Below, piece after piece: positions 37,376 to 50,990 of a stretch of 64,000 bases of DNA. Made by a program: the position numbers and the translations under genes. This DNA comes from Camelus dromedarius (Eukaryota), in assembly GCF_036321535.1 (NCBI RefSeq), contig NC_087436.1, positions 102,550,001 to 102,614,000 on the forward strand, given 5' to 3'. Each line of letters opens with the position of its first letter. Within the stretch, counting starts at the first letter, position 1. Under the pieces are notes generated by a model. That model worked only from the letters and a program-made list of their open reading frames with translations. It was not told the DNA's origin and did no database searches.

Positions 37376-38879
37376 TGATTATATCTTGACTAGACCGATG
37401 TTCAGAATGCCTACTGACTTTTCTGCTCTTCTTCCTTCTCTGTGTCTCCTCACTCAACTTCCAGCACCTAAGATAGCCAGAATAATCACGGGTACATCTC
37501 CAGTACTTAGAAGATACCCCGTTACAGTGATCACTAAATATTCAAGAAAGAAAGAATAAAAAGAGTGTATGTCTCTTTCTGAAAGCTGAAAGAGCCTAAA
37601 AAACAAAGTACATCGTGATTTGTATTCACATATAATTTTCTCAGATCCGCTTGTCCATCTCCAAGAGTAAAATCTTTGTGCAGACTGTGGGAAATGGAGT
37701 TGAACAATTGCAATTGCATCTTCATGGAACTGCCTTCTAATGTGCTCTGTGTCATATCATTAGAGTTCTTCCGTGATTCATGTACAAAATCTGGATTAAC
37801 AATCCCCATTACCCTTTCCAGGCATCAGCAGTCATAGTTTAAGGCTACACTCTTTACTTGGAGCATGTCTATGTCATTTTGTGAAATTTTCAAGTTATTT
37901 CACCAAAGACTCAAGCTTTTCTTTCCATCCAGGTTCTCAGAGGACCTCAGTTCACAATGAAAACCTTAGGTCACCTAAGGCTAAGATAAATTGGATAATT
38001 AAACACATACACAAACACAAAATCATGTCCTCTGCAGAAATCATAATTACTTACTTTCCTGTCTTTATAATTAAAATAGAGTAAGCCTAGAGATACTGTG
38101 CAATGCCCAATTAAAGAATGATTAACAGCAATATGATTGCTTTTCCCTAAGACCTGTAATCACAAAATGTCACAGATAAAATAGATAAGAGACATTATGT
38201 GATCCCACTCATTCATTTTCCAGCTTTAAAAAAAAAAAAAAAAAGGCTGCAAAATCAAGTAAGCTGATGTCATATTCCAAATACTTATCTTCCGATTACC
38301 ACATTCCTGCCTGTTTTGTCTTCCTATATTATATTTTTCCCTTTCTCCTTCCTACCATAAAAATATTGTGTCTTTTGCCTCCCTTAGATGGCTTGTCCAG
38401 GCTTTGTTTATTGTTGAGGTTTGATACCACTGTCCAGGCTTAGCATGACACAGTTCTCTGCACATTAGACCTCTAAAAGTGGTTTTAATGATTAAATTAA
38501 TCAATATATATACACAGCTCTTTGAAAATTATCTGAAAATGAGGAAACATTCAGTAAATTTTAGCTGCCGTAATTATGCTTAACTCAGGCTGTGAGATCT
38601 CTATACCCTCACCACATTTACTTCTATGGGTATCCCTTCTATGGGTCGTTATTCTAATTTATGGAAACTATTCATTATCCACTCTCAGTCTATTAGAAGT
38701 GATAGACAATAAACTAATAAATTCTAACTGGGTTGATAAGTTTTATGACCCGAATATTTGCTGGGTATTATAAAAAAGTGAAAAATAGAGTGTTTAGAAA
38801 ATGGGCTGTTATTTCAAATCCTGTTGACTTTTTATTCCAGAAATACAGAATTTTTTAAATTGTGTTAAGTTAGGAAGTT

Positions 38880-39440
38880 CAACTATGTGAAGAGGATATA
38901 TATGGATGCTGAGTAGCTAAAGGGATGGTGCCAGCTGTTACATTTTTGTCTCTGAACTCCAAATCATAATCTGAATTGCAATCCATAATCTGCAAGCCAC
39001 ATTTCTGATTTGCCAAAAGCAGGCTTTTATTAAACTCTCTAAATAGATGGTGGTATGGAGTGACTACTGGTTTGCAGGGAGAAGAAAATACTCATTTCTT
39101 CTTGTGGGCTTCCAGAACTTGTGAGCATTACCCAATAAATACTTCTTTATTCTTACAAAGCAGTTCCTTCTCATAATAGTAGCTAAATCCATGTTGCCAT
39201 TTTCCCAGCACTTGCAGAGCCAGACCTATTATGCAGAAACTCCAACAACACCTTCCTTAGTTATTGGAGTTTCAGTCCCACAGGGGTCTTCCTCTAAGCT
39301 TCTGAGATTGAATAATTTCAGTTTCTACCTTGTTTATTTGAGCTCTGAGAGTAACAGCTCTTTCCTGCAATTGTTACCTCCAAGATATCTCAATGTTCTT
39401 TTCTTGCCTTGTCAACTAATAATTTTATATTTAGCTAATG
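38880..39440 (+). mobile_element. ERVL LTR (LTR41-like) preceded by an internal 3' stub/PPT
   Basis: ATGGATGCTGAGTAGCTAAAGGGATGG then TGCCAGCTG...TTTTTGTCTCTGAACTCCAAATC...CTGCAAGCCACATTTCTGATTTGCCA. Confidence 0.62.
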
Positions 39441-39444
39441 ATAC

Positions 39445-39788
39445 TTTTTTTTGATTGTCCACTAATTTTTAACTGATATATAGTTGATGTACAATATTAT
39501 ATGCTATGGGTGTTCAATACAGTGATTTATATTTTTAAAGGTTATATTCCACTCATAGTTATTATAAAATATTGGCTATCTTCCCTGTGTTGTACAACAT
39601 ACTCTTGTAGCTTATTTATTTTATAGATCTAGCTTATACTTCCTAAGCCCCTACCCTTATCATGTTCTACCCTCTTCCCTCTACCCACTGGTAACCCCTA
39701 GTTTGTTCTCTATCATCTGTGAGTATTTTTCCTTTTTGTTATATTCACTAGTTTGCTTTATTTTTTAGATGCCACATACAAGTGATAC
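39445..39788 (-). mobile_element. younger L1 3' end (cetartiodactyl type), 5'-truncated
   Basis: TATAGTTGATGTACAATATTAT...AAAGGTTATATTCCA...TATAAAATATTGGCTATCTTCCCTGTGTTGTACAA...CCACTGGTAACC...TTCACTAGTTTG. Confidence 0.9.
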
Positions 39789-39809
39789 CCATTTTTTGAG
39801 CCTTGCCCT

Positions 39810-39900
39810 CTCATGCTCTGTTCTAGTGCTCTACATGTATCTTCTCATTTTTATGATCATAACAATCTTATGAGATAGAAACTATTATCTCTGAGAAAAG
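39810..39900 (-). mobile_element. MIR 3' fragment
   Basis: CTGTTCTAGTGCTCTACATGTATCTTCTCATTT...CATAACAATCTTATGAGATAG. Confidence 0.5.
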
Positions 39901-39964
39901 AAAAATTCAGATTGACATATACTGAGTGCTGAAATAATTTATTGTCAGGCACCATAGGATGAAC

Positions 39965-42950
39965 CTTTCAGATTTTAAGAATCAGTCCATTTTGTCTAAT
40001 TTGTAAAATGTATGGTTGCAAAATTATTTGTAGTATTCCCTTGTTACTATTTTCATGGATGCAAGATCTGAAGTGACAGCCTCAGTTCATGTTCTATATT
40101 GGTGACTTATGTCTTCTCTCGTTTTATTTATTTTTTATCCTTGTCAGTCTTTTGTTTGTCTGGAGGATCTTTACTTTTACTGATTTCTTCAAAGAACCAG
40201 CTTTTGGTTTCATTAATATCTCTATTGTTTTCATATTTCACTTTCACTTATATCTATTCTTATTATTTCCTTTTCTCTATCTGCTTTGTATTTATTTTGC
40301 ACTTTTTTTTTCTAGTTTCTTGGGATAGAAACTTAGATTAAGATCTTTTCTCTTTTGTAATGTAAGCAGTTAGCAGTAAAAATATCCCTCTCAGCTTCAT
40401 TCTACATATGTTAATCTATTTTCATTCTTATTCAGTTCTCTGTATTTTTAATTTTTTTTAGATTTCCTTTTTGATGTATGGATTTATTATAAATGTATTG
40501 CCAAATGTCCCAAGTGTTTGTAGAATTCTTGTTATATTTCTATTGCCAATTTCTAGTTTGATTATTTTATGATCAGTGACAATAATCTGTATGATTGCAA
40601 TTCTTTTAAACTTGTTGAGTTTTGTTTTACATCCAGCGTGTGATCTATCTTGGTAAGTATTCCATGAGTGTTTGAAAATAAATGTTCATTCTGCTATTGT
40701 TGAATGAAGGGTTCTAGTATATCAATTAGATCCTTTTGGATCGTCATGTTATTCAATTCTATACCCTTGATAACTTTCTATCTATTAGTTCTATAAATTA
40801 CTGAAAGTGAAGTGTTGAAATACTAAACTATAAATGAAAATTTGTCAATTTCTCCTTCCATCTTTAGCAGATTTTGACTTATACATGTTGTGGCTGTATT
40901 GTTTGAACATTGAAAGTTGTTATGTCTTCTTGGTAGACTGATTCTTTTATTACTATGTAATGTCTCTTTTTGTCTTTAGTGATTTTCTTTGCTCTGTAGT
41001 CTACCTCATCTAATAATAATATAGTCACTTTTTAAAGTAATTTTTACATGGCATATCTCTTTTCATTCTTTTACTTTCAAACCTACCTGTTTCATTATAT
41101 TTTAACCACATTGCCAATTGTCAATCTTTGTGTTTTAATTGGTGAAGATCACTTGCACTTTAGATAATTATTGTTCCATTAGATAATCATTAATAAACAT
41201 TTAGATAATTATTGTGTTATAAACTGATATTTTATATTGTTTCTTTTGTTTGCTTTCTCTGATTCAAAAATCCTCTTTTTCTCTTACTTTCTTGTGGTTT
41301 ACTCATTTTTATAGAATTCTATCTTCATTTATTTATAGTGTGTTTGAGTATATTGCTTATTATAAGTTTTTAGAGTTTAGTTTATACAATACAGTATGCA
41401 TACACAATTAACCCTTTCAAAAGAAACTTGAAAATGTACATCTATTGAGGCCTTTTTATTCTCCTGTTTTTTTCTTTTTTTTTAAATTCTCCTGCTTTTT
41501 TCAAGTAAATCGTCTTTAATGTTTCTACTGCATGCACTGAATACATCAGATAGTATTCTGATGTACTACGATGTGCTTAATTATGACATACTTTGGTGTA
41601 GACCTTGTTAGGTTTACTCTACTTGGAATTCACTGAACTTTTAGAATCTGTAGGTTTCTGTCTCTTATCAGATTCAGGAAGTTTTCAGCTATTATTTATT
41701 TGAACACATTTTTAGCCCCACTCCCTCTTCTCTCTTGTCTCTACTCCTGAGATTCTAATTATTGGAATGTTGTTATTTTTGTTATTGTCCCACAGGTCCC
41801 ACTCCATTGTCTTCTTTTTGTAATCTATTACTCTGTTTTCCAGATGGGGTAAATTCTACTGATCTATCTTCAAGTTCACTAATTTTATCTCTGTCAACTT
41901 TATTATGGAACACATCTAGCAAGATTTTGTGTGTGTGTGTGTAATTTTTTCTCTTCTATGATTTCCATCTGATTCTTCTTTAAAATTTCTATTTCTTACC
42001 TAAAACTTTTATAGACAGATAGACATGGATAGATATGAAATGTATATAGATATTTTTTACTTGTTGCAAGAGTGTCTATAATTGCTAGAGAAACATTCTA
42101 CTTTAAAATTTTTGTCAGGTAATTCCAACATTTGCATCATCTCAGTATTGTATTATGCTGATTTATTTTCTCATTTCAGGGTGTGATTGACCTGGTTCAT
42201 GTTATGATGAGTGATTGATAATTGTACCCTGGATATTTTGAGTATCATGTTATGAAATTCTACTAATTTGCAGGAAGCTACCATGTTTAGCTGCAGTGCA
42301 CAGGTCCTGGTGAAGATAGATGTTCATCTGTTGACACCACTCCAGCAAAAGGGAATCTGGAGTACTAAAAAGCCCCAACTTACACTTCCTTGTTCAGACT
42401 TTGAACTCTGTGAGATACCCTGGCAGAAGAATCAGAGCTCTACCTGTTTCCACTAAGCAAAGTATGGAAGGTTCGCTTCCTGCTTGCTGAGAGCTACCAC
42501 CAGGTGAAGATTTGGAGCATCGTCCCCTGCTTCTGCAAGGCAGGAGAATGGGCTGGAGGACCAGCTGCCTGTTCAGCCCTGCTGATACCTCAAAGTGAAG
42601 GTGCACATTATCTGTTGATGTTTGACTGGAATAGAGTGAGTATTTCCTCCATTCTTTGGCTACGAGAAAGAGGCTTTTCCTGGAGACATTTTTTCTATGT
42701 CTATTGGATGTTCCAGATTGGAAACTTTTGGAATTCCTTTTTCCAGAAGAGAAATGTGAGGCCAGTAATTATTGGGCTGATTGCTGTTTCACTCTTCACG
42801 TGCTGAGGTCCTTACATAGTCTGCTCTCTTCTTTCAAGCTTTTAGAGTTTTCATATACTAGTTGATTGTGTTTTGTCCAATGTTTTTTAGTAGTAAAAGT
42901 AGGGCCTAAGGTGCAATAGGGTTACCCTGTATTTACCAAGAATTCAGATT
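39965..42950 (-). mobile_element. ancient L1 (L1M4/L1MD-ME age) 5' portion: 5'UTR, ORF1 and ORF2 endonuclease region
   Basis: TCAAAGAACCAGCTTTTGGTTTCATT and ATTCTGCTATTGTTGAATGAAG (antisense ORF2 N-terminus); GAAGTTTTCAGCTATTATTT and TGATCTATCTTCAAGTTCACTAATT (ORF1); 5'-terminus-like TTTTGTCCAATGTTTTTTAGTAGT near 42870-42950. Confidence 0.8.
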
Positions 42951-45900
42951 AAATGTCAAATAATTATCCAGGCAAATTAAATAAAGTGTTGAGGATTTAC
43001 TCTTATAGTTGTATATGAGGGATAGCAACCTCTGTGAATACTATCTCCCTCACTAACTTTATCTTTGGCTCAGTCTCTTAAATATTCTGAATTTTGTCTC
43101 CCCATAGAATGGAATAGATGTTTTGAATTGAATAGTCATGAAATATCATACTGAACACAATTATCAGTATATATATTGATTTATTTATCTCACTCTTGCT
43201 CTTGCTCCCATCACTTTTCCTCTCCTATACTATACTTAACTTATTTCAATTTCTAAAATCATTCTGTCCTTTTCCTTCTGTCCCTATACACTTATAGAGC
43301 TCAGAACATACTTCCTGTAGAGAAAATGTTTCCTGAGACTCTGTTGCTGTCTTACATGTTTATTATTCCAAAAGAACCAAGGAAAGTGCTCTGCATAGAT
43401 GGAATATATGTCTGCCTCTGTCTTAGAACTTGTTACAAAATAGTTTAAAACCACACACTGCAAAAATTTAACCCTAGAACTCATTTTTGTTGAATAAGGC
43501 ATTTTCTTATCTGGGAGATGTCTCAGTTGACTTTCAATCAATGCCCATTATTGAATTAATGTTTTATTTGAGCTACTTTTGACATTTTAAAGTAAAATGG
43601 AGAGGTCATATGGAAATAAGACACAGATTGTGGTGGAATAAAGATTCTGGACTAGGTACTAGGTGGACCCCTTCATGAAGGCAGTGAATGTGATGTAAGA
43701 TGGTAGCAGACATAAGATAATCTATTACTACTGCCCAGAAAGAGTTTGGGCTGGAGTAGATGAAGATGTATGCTGCTCTGACCTAGGGGAAACATGAATG
43801 CAATAGAACCATGAGAAATTTTAAGAGACATTGCTATAGAATTTTCACAGATTTGAAGGTATGCAAGAAAATAACATATTTTGAAATTATTTTGACTGGC
43901 CAGTCAGTGTTCTTTTGACTTGGACATGTTCTGAGACTGCCCCATATGTGAGAGTCTCCATTCAGGGCATCCAGAAAATCCCTGAAATATGGCCCTTGAT
44001 AGTAAGGTCTGCCATTTTGTAGGGAGGACTTTGAGCTAGATAAGATCCCAAAGTCTTTGAGACCATTTTAGCAGGGATACTGGAAAGAGAAATATTGGTA
44101 AAGGAGATGAGGCATATTATGATGTCAGATGATTTATATATAACTCATGATAATTGTCTCAAATTTCACCTAAGTTAAGGCAGCCTAAATCCTGGTCATT
44201 GTGATACAAAGTCAAACAATGAATAAGAGTGTGGTGGTTTGCTGAACTTCAATGGCCTAAAAACTATTTCAGTTATCTGGAATTGAAAATACACTTATAG
44301 CTCCACTATAATTCACATTCAGCCAAAGAGGAATTTTGTTTATTTAATATAATTTCAAGATTTATCTTGTATAGTACTAATCCAATGTTCTTTCCCTTAG
44401 GGCTTTTATCCATCTGACACATCAACTGATCTTCTGTTGTTTATAGTCACACTTCTTCTTTAAAAAATGATCCAATCATGCATTCTGTTAGCTCCCTAAA
44501 TTAGCTATTTCTCAAATATATCAGTATAGGTAAAAGTAATCTATACACAAAATAATACCTTAACAGTAACATTATATTTTCATTTAAACCAGGTACAGAT
44601 CATTAATATAGCAGCATTAAGCCAAGATCAAATGGACCTAGAAAAACATTTTTTTTTAACTTTCCTGATTTCAGGGTTAATATTTGAGAAAAAAACTAAT
44701 ATTATTCCATTAATAATATCACATTTGTTTCAGTAATAATTTCACCAATCCTGTCAGTACTTTTTCAGATTCCTTACATTCATTTTTAGGTTTGAATAAT
44801 AAAAAAATTCATCTTTTGCTATTATGAAATATGTGTATTCCTTTCAAATAATGCTATTCACAGTTGATATAGTATAAATAAGAGTTTTTATACACAAAGA
44901 TACATGAATGCGAATATTATGAACAGAGTTTCGGTCTTCATTCAAGTATAGTTTTGTGCATGTTTGCCTCTGTGTGTGTGTGAAAGAGAGAGAGAGGTGA
45001 CCCACATAGGGATTCAATATTTAATGCCTTCATTTGTGTTATCGCTATCAATCAAATCATCACTAACATATACAGAGGAGTGATCCCCAAACTAGCAATT
45101 ATGTCGCTGTACTGATGGCACAACCATTCATATTCACATCCTTTCTCAATATATTCATTCCTCTTTCTCCACCTCCCAGCACAATGCTTCCGCATCAAAT
45201 TCTAAGTGTAAGTGCCAAAAGCTTATCTAGTGTATCTCTTTTCTGTTCTTACTTGACAAACATCAATTCTGATTCACTACCCTTGTTTGTGTCACCTCTC
45301 ATCACATCCCCAGTGTTGAGGATGCTAGTGAAGAAACAAATTTCTGTTATGAAAACTGGACACATTTGTGTTTTGTGTCTGCTTGGCTGGGCATTGTCAC
45401 CTCTGGTTGCTGTCTCGTCTGTCGTTGAAATATCTGTTGTCTTGATTTATAGCATATAAAGTCTTCATCAGGCAGGAAGCTGTTTTTGAATATGTTCTAA
45501 AGTCTACGGAGTAATCCAGCTGGAAGAAGATGATTGGGAATCATTAAATTGTCTCTAATGTTTACAGGGCTGAGATGACTTTATCAACTTTGTCACTAGA
45601 ACATTAATGCTTCCTCCTTCAAACTACTGTGGTTTGTGAAATCTCACCCTGACTGTCATTAAAGACATCGCTGTCTCATTGAAAATTCTCACTGCAGAGT
45701 TTCCAGTGCTTTGAAATTTCTAACTAGAATGTATATTCTTCCTGTGATTAGACTACAGGGCAGACCTAACCTTACTTTCTGTAGGCAGAGTCATCTTGCT
45801 ATTTCCACTTAGATTTAGAAATCTGGCACCAGAGCTAACCAGAAAATCCTTAAATTCACAAATACAATGCATTTTCATCTTTGATGGCCAATTCTCTTTC

Positions 45901-46456
45901 AATTATTTCATTTTACAAAATGGCATGTGATGTTGGTTTACCACTGGAAGACGGAGAGGTAACACAATGACATGCTTTCCTCTCCGCGCATGCCCTGACT
46001 AACAGATGTGCAGCGACCCATCACTGCCAGCATTTGAAAGAAGTGACATAATTGGTCACTGATTACACTGTATATCTGTTAAGTCTGAGGCATTTTGTGG
46101 ACTCAGAACCAAGTAACAAAGTTTGTACTTTACACAGTTATTTACAGTTAATTTGAAAACTGAAATTTGAACCATGTTCCTGAGGGATAATGGTGTTAGT
46201 TAACTAAACCGTGACAACTCAGACTCATTCATATTCATAAATGATTCTCAGTCAACTCCATTATTTATTTCTCTTATACACATTTTTTTAAAATCTTTTA
46301 CCTGTTCTTGTAGCCCCCTTCCCTTCTTGATTTTGACCTAAGTAATGAGGCAGGCTCTAGTCCATCAGCAGCACGTTTGTATTTGGTGTTTTCCTCCTTC
46401 CTACTCTCTCTCTTATCACTTCTTTTGTGTAGATCCTCTTAAGCTCTTAAGCTCTA

Positions 46457-47310
46457 GGCCAGGGGTCCCAAAAATACGTACCACTAAGGGACAAGCAAAG
46501 GATGCAGTTGAATGTTGTAGAAAAGGGATCTGTGGCTAAATGAGGAACTCACACCTTTCATGATAGACTGAGCATCCTTTTGGCTCCAGAAGAACCTCAG
46601 AGATACTTGAGTCTCTGGTCGTTCCAGAAAGAGAATTCTAGTCTTCCTAGACTTTCAGATTTTTTTCCCAGTAGAAAGCAGAAATTTTTCTGTTATAAAA
46701 ATCATCTTGTATGGTAATTCCTCAAACAACTAAAACCAGAATTACCACATGATCCAGCCATTCGAGTTCTGCATATATACTTAAAATTATGAAAACATGG
46801 ACTCAAACAGTTATACACCAATATGCATAGCAGCATTATTCACAATAGTCAAAAAGGTGAAAGCAACACGTGTCCATTGACAGGTATGCATAAGTAAAAT
46901 GTGGTATATACATAAAATAGAATATTATTCACCTTTATAAAGGAAGGAAATTCTGATACATGCCCCAACATGGATGAATCTTGAAGACATTAAACTAAAT
47001 GAAAGAAGCCAGTAACAAAAGGGTGAATACTATATGACTTCCCCCATATGAGGTAATTCGAGTAGTTAAATACATTGAAACAGTAAATAGAATAATGATT
47101 CTGGAAGGAGGAGGGGATTCAGAGTTACTCTTTAATGCAGACAGAATTTCAGTTTCCAAGTTTTGCAAATACCTAATGCCATTGAATTATATACTATAAA
47201 ATGGCTCAAATATGCTATGGGTATATAAAAATCATGCTTTACTTTAAAATATTGGCAATTTATTCAGTAAAAAAAAAGAAAACAGTGTAGGAAGAGTTGA
47301 ATCCAATTGT
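46457..47310. mobile_element. MER102-like hAT element split by L1
   Basis: Starts CAGGGGTCCCAAA; CTAGACTTTCAGATTTTTTTCCCAGTAGAAAGCAGAAAT; resumes after the L1 with TTTAAAATATTGGCAATTTATTCA...AACAGTGT. Confidence 0.62.
46706..47223 (+). mobile_element. L1MB3-like 3' fragment
   Basis: AGAATTACCACATGATCCAGC, ATAGCAGCATTATTCACAATAG, AAAGGAAGGAAATTCTGATACATG; TSD TATAAAAATCAT at 46694-46705 and 47224-47235. Confidence 0.9.
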
Positions 47311-47749
47311 TTTAGGGACAGTTGGTGATAAAACGTAATGGCGGACTTCTTAAGAAAAGGCTGAATAGTTGAATATATTGATGACGGGGAAGAGCTACTG
47401 TTTTGACTTGTTGAAGGGAAACAAATCTCCTCTTAACATTTATACATCTGATGATTACACAAATTTCACACAAGTCAGCTTCTGCTCCAATTTTAATTTT
47501 AACTCTTCTGCCCCTTCCATTTTTACATAATTTAGATCCTAGTTTTGCAGAACATTTTCAGGGGATTTCCAGTTTTGCATAATTATCGAAAAACTCCTGA
47601 AGTCTTTCTACTAGAGATACTAGTTATTGCTAGAAGTACTAGTCACAGACGTGATTGCAACGCCATGGGAATATCCATCTAGACCCAAATAAAATGTATC
47701 CATCCTTAGCAGAGCCTCCTTAGCAGATTTTAAAGATGCGCATGGTCAC

Positions 47750-48240
47750 CCTAAGATGAAGACAACTCATCATGAGGTGAAGTGAGACTGAAGCGACGCT
47801 TGAGTAGAAAGAGTTATTTATCTTAACCAATTGGAAAAAAAGGCATTCTGGGTTTAAAAAAATAAGCAAATTTTAATTATGAAGGAGCAGTACACAACAA
47901 CAAAAGAAAAAATGAAAGGGTAAAAAAAATTACAGAAAAAGGTAAGTGTGGTTTAATTAGCAGGCAGAAGATATGTATTAAACCATTTTACTCAAATATT
48001 AAGATATAGACATTGGTATAATCTAGGAACAAAGAGAATGGGAATTATACTGCTATAGAATCTTTGGGTCATGAGAATTTTTAATTTGAAAGACGGGGAG
48101 AGAGGAAGAATAAAGAGAGTTGTGTACATCGAAAAATCATTATTTAGCAGAGCATTCATGATAAAGCAGGTGGAAAGAGATTCTGTAACAGAAGGCCAGT
48201 GCAATGAAGCAATGGTAATAGGACAGGGAATATACGAACT
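47750..48240 (-). mobile_element. degraded L2
   Basis: TGAGGTGAAGTGAGACTGAAG...AAAGGCATTCTGGG...CAGAAGGCCAGTGCAATGAAGCAATGGTAATAGGACAGG. Confidence 0.45.
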
Positions 48241-50052
48241 TGCCTGAGTACTCGGCAGACAGGGAATACCAGATATGAGCACTAGTGGTACAAGATATCA
48301 AGGAGGTACTCAAAAGAGGAAGAGATGAGTGGAATCAAGAAGACTTACTTGCCAACTACATCTGCCATCTGTTAATATGACAGTGCATCATAAAGCAAAA
48401 TCGTTCATAAACACAAATGAATCAACTTTAAAATAAAGACAACCTGTGACATCTGATGAAGCATAGATAATTGAATGCTTGTCAATTTACAGATAAAGCA
48501 GAATTAATTAATGGCCTGGGTATTCAAACTGTCAACACAGCTTGTAGGTCCGCTGAAAGAGGAATGCTATTCTGAGCACTATTTTAAAAAATAATGTCTG
48601 TTAAGTTCTTCTTTAACAAGCATTTCATATTATGTTCAAGATACTAAGAATGAAGTTCTTGGGAAAAGGTAAAAAGTAGATGCCTATGATACTAAAATTT
48701 AAGCATACCTCATATTATACACTATCCCTCATTAGTAGACACTTAAGCAAATGTTCATAAAATCAGAATAGCAAAATTTAGGAGAAAAAAAAAAACTTTG
48801 ACCAGAAATTTACACTGCAAATTTTATCATCATTGAATTGGTAGTTGATAAGTATGTTTTCCTATTGTTTCTTATAATATGGTTGATTTTGCCATGGAAA
48901 GAGCAATCATATTTTGGATTGTAAAAGTGGAAGGTATCGTCAGAGGCACCCATGAGTGTAAAATAAAAATTCAGAGAGCTCAAGGATACAATTTATTTCT
49001 ACTCTAGCAGGATTGATCATTTTCTTCAGAATGGATGCCATGAAGGCAATATTGATGAAAAAGATACTAAAATGTAAATAATCCTGCCAGGAATAGAAGA
49101 GACAACCACACTTCCAGGGATCTCCATTTATGTTTTTACTTGATCTTGTCATACACTTTTATTTCTATCATTAGATCCTTAAAGTTCCGCCTCTTGAAAA
49201 TTCATGACAGTTGGACAGATGAGATGATCTAGGTATTTGCTCCCTTAAAAAGAAGACGATGATTAAAGTGATCTTGATTAAGATATTATAAGTGAGTACT
49301 CAATGAATCAAATCACTTATAGTCAATTCTCATAAAAAATACATCTCACATGAGATTATAGCTAAAGTTATATATTTTCATGATTTTTGCATAATGATGT
49401 TTTACTGGTGATCTTCTATGTTTTTTGTGTTGACAGTCGTGGGTGTCAGATGGTGAAGGGGGCATATATCCAGTATTTTAGTATGCCTATGCCAAAACAA
49501 AGTCATGTAAACATATTTGGACACTACTTCTGATTTAGTTTATGGAGATCATGATAATATCAACTGAACTTGAACATTATTTCTAAGAACACAAGCATTT
49601 TTTATCTTTCCCTATATGACAAAAATTTTACAGGCACAGTTTGTAGAAATCACTTTTTTTATTTGTTTGTTTTGGTTTTGGTAGGATTAAAAAATAAATG
49701 ACCATAAAAATATTTGGCTACAGTAAAGATGACTATATTTATAAACTGTTATATGTCTACATATACAGTTCTTTTTAAAAGTTTGTATTTCAAATCTGAG
49801 ATTTAATCTAAAGTTAGATTAAGTGAAAAACTAGGCCTTCATATTTCACTTTCCTTGGGAAAATAATTTGACTATTGATTATATACTTGTATGGGAAAAT
49901 GTTGCAAAAAAATCAGAGCTTTTGAGAATTTGCCGGGACATTTAGGCATGAATCACTTTGCAATCCTTTGTAACACAAACTTTGATTGACTATTATTACT
50001 AGCAGTTGTTCCATGTGCTTCCAGATTAGTGTGATCTAGTATGTCAGGTAGT

Positions 50053-50106
50053 AATTTAAATTATTTCTCTTGAATTTAAATGTTTCTCTTGAATTAAATG
50101 TTTCTT
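50053..50106. repeat. about 19-bp imperfect tandem repeat, nearly 3 copies
   Basis: AATTTAAATTATTTCTCTTG AATTTAAATGTTTCTCTTG AATTAAATGTTTCTT. Confidence 0.85.
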
Positions 50107-50849
50107 ATCAATAAATAGATTCATAATGACATCAAAAGATCATACAAAATATGACAGTACTTAGTATTAAGAGCTCTATGTTTTTTAAAAACAATTTAAC
50201 CCTTGGGTTATTGTTGATTTTACATCATTGGCATCTGTTTTCTGGAAAGATAGTCATAAAAGGAATGTTTTAAATTAGTAAAGAAAATGATATAAGCTGT
50301 AACTAGTAAGACACAGTAAACTTTTTTTAAAAAAAGTAAATAGTGTAAAATGCATGACGTTCCCTCTCTTTCTCTCAATTTCTTTTATGATTTCTCTCTT
50401 TTGTTCATTTTTTCCTTTTATTCTTTTCCCCCCTAAGCATTGATATCACCTTAATTAACTAACGGAGACATGTCTGTAGAAAATAGATGAATAGTAGACA
50501 GGAAGATGATGGTGTTCAAGAAAAAAATACTTGGATTTAAATTTCCTTTCATAATATATGTTCAAGAGGAATTTAAAAATGTATTAAATGAAAATATTTG
50601 TAAAGTTTTTTGGCCATAAGGAATTTCAAAGCTGATTTTTCTTTTGCTACAGATTTGCTAACCAGTCATTACTGATATCCAATTATCATTTTTAACTACT
50701 AAATTTATTACATTCAAGTGGAAAATCTATTTGCTAATTTATTCCTCATTATGTTTTACTTTAACGTATTATAAAGCATGAGATTTTATTTCTCAAAAGG
50801 TTGAGGAAAATTCTCTTTATAGAACACTTCATTTTCAATCTATTGAAAG

Positions 50850-50990
50850 CATCAATTCAGTAATATTCAGTGAACATTCAGTATGAATTAGCCACTGTAT
50901 TTGCCTTTGAGAATATAACATTGCACAGAAAAGAACACATTCCTGGACCTCATGGAACTGGAAGGGATCTAATGTGGACAGAGTCTACAA
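50850..50990 (-). mobile_element. L2 3' end fragment
   Basis: ATCAATTCAGTAATATTCAGTGAAC...CCACTGT...TTCCTGGACCTCATGGAACT. Confidence 0.55.

Noticed and set aside
43880..44065. L3/MIR3 3'-end remnant (GAGCTAGATAAGATCCCAAAGTC)
   Set aside because: The resemblance is too short and diverged to support without a profile search.
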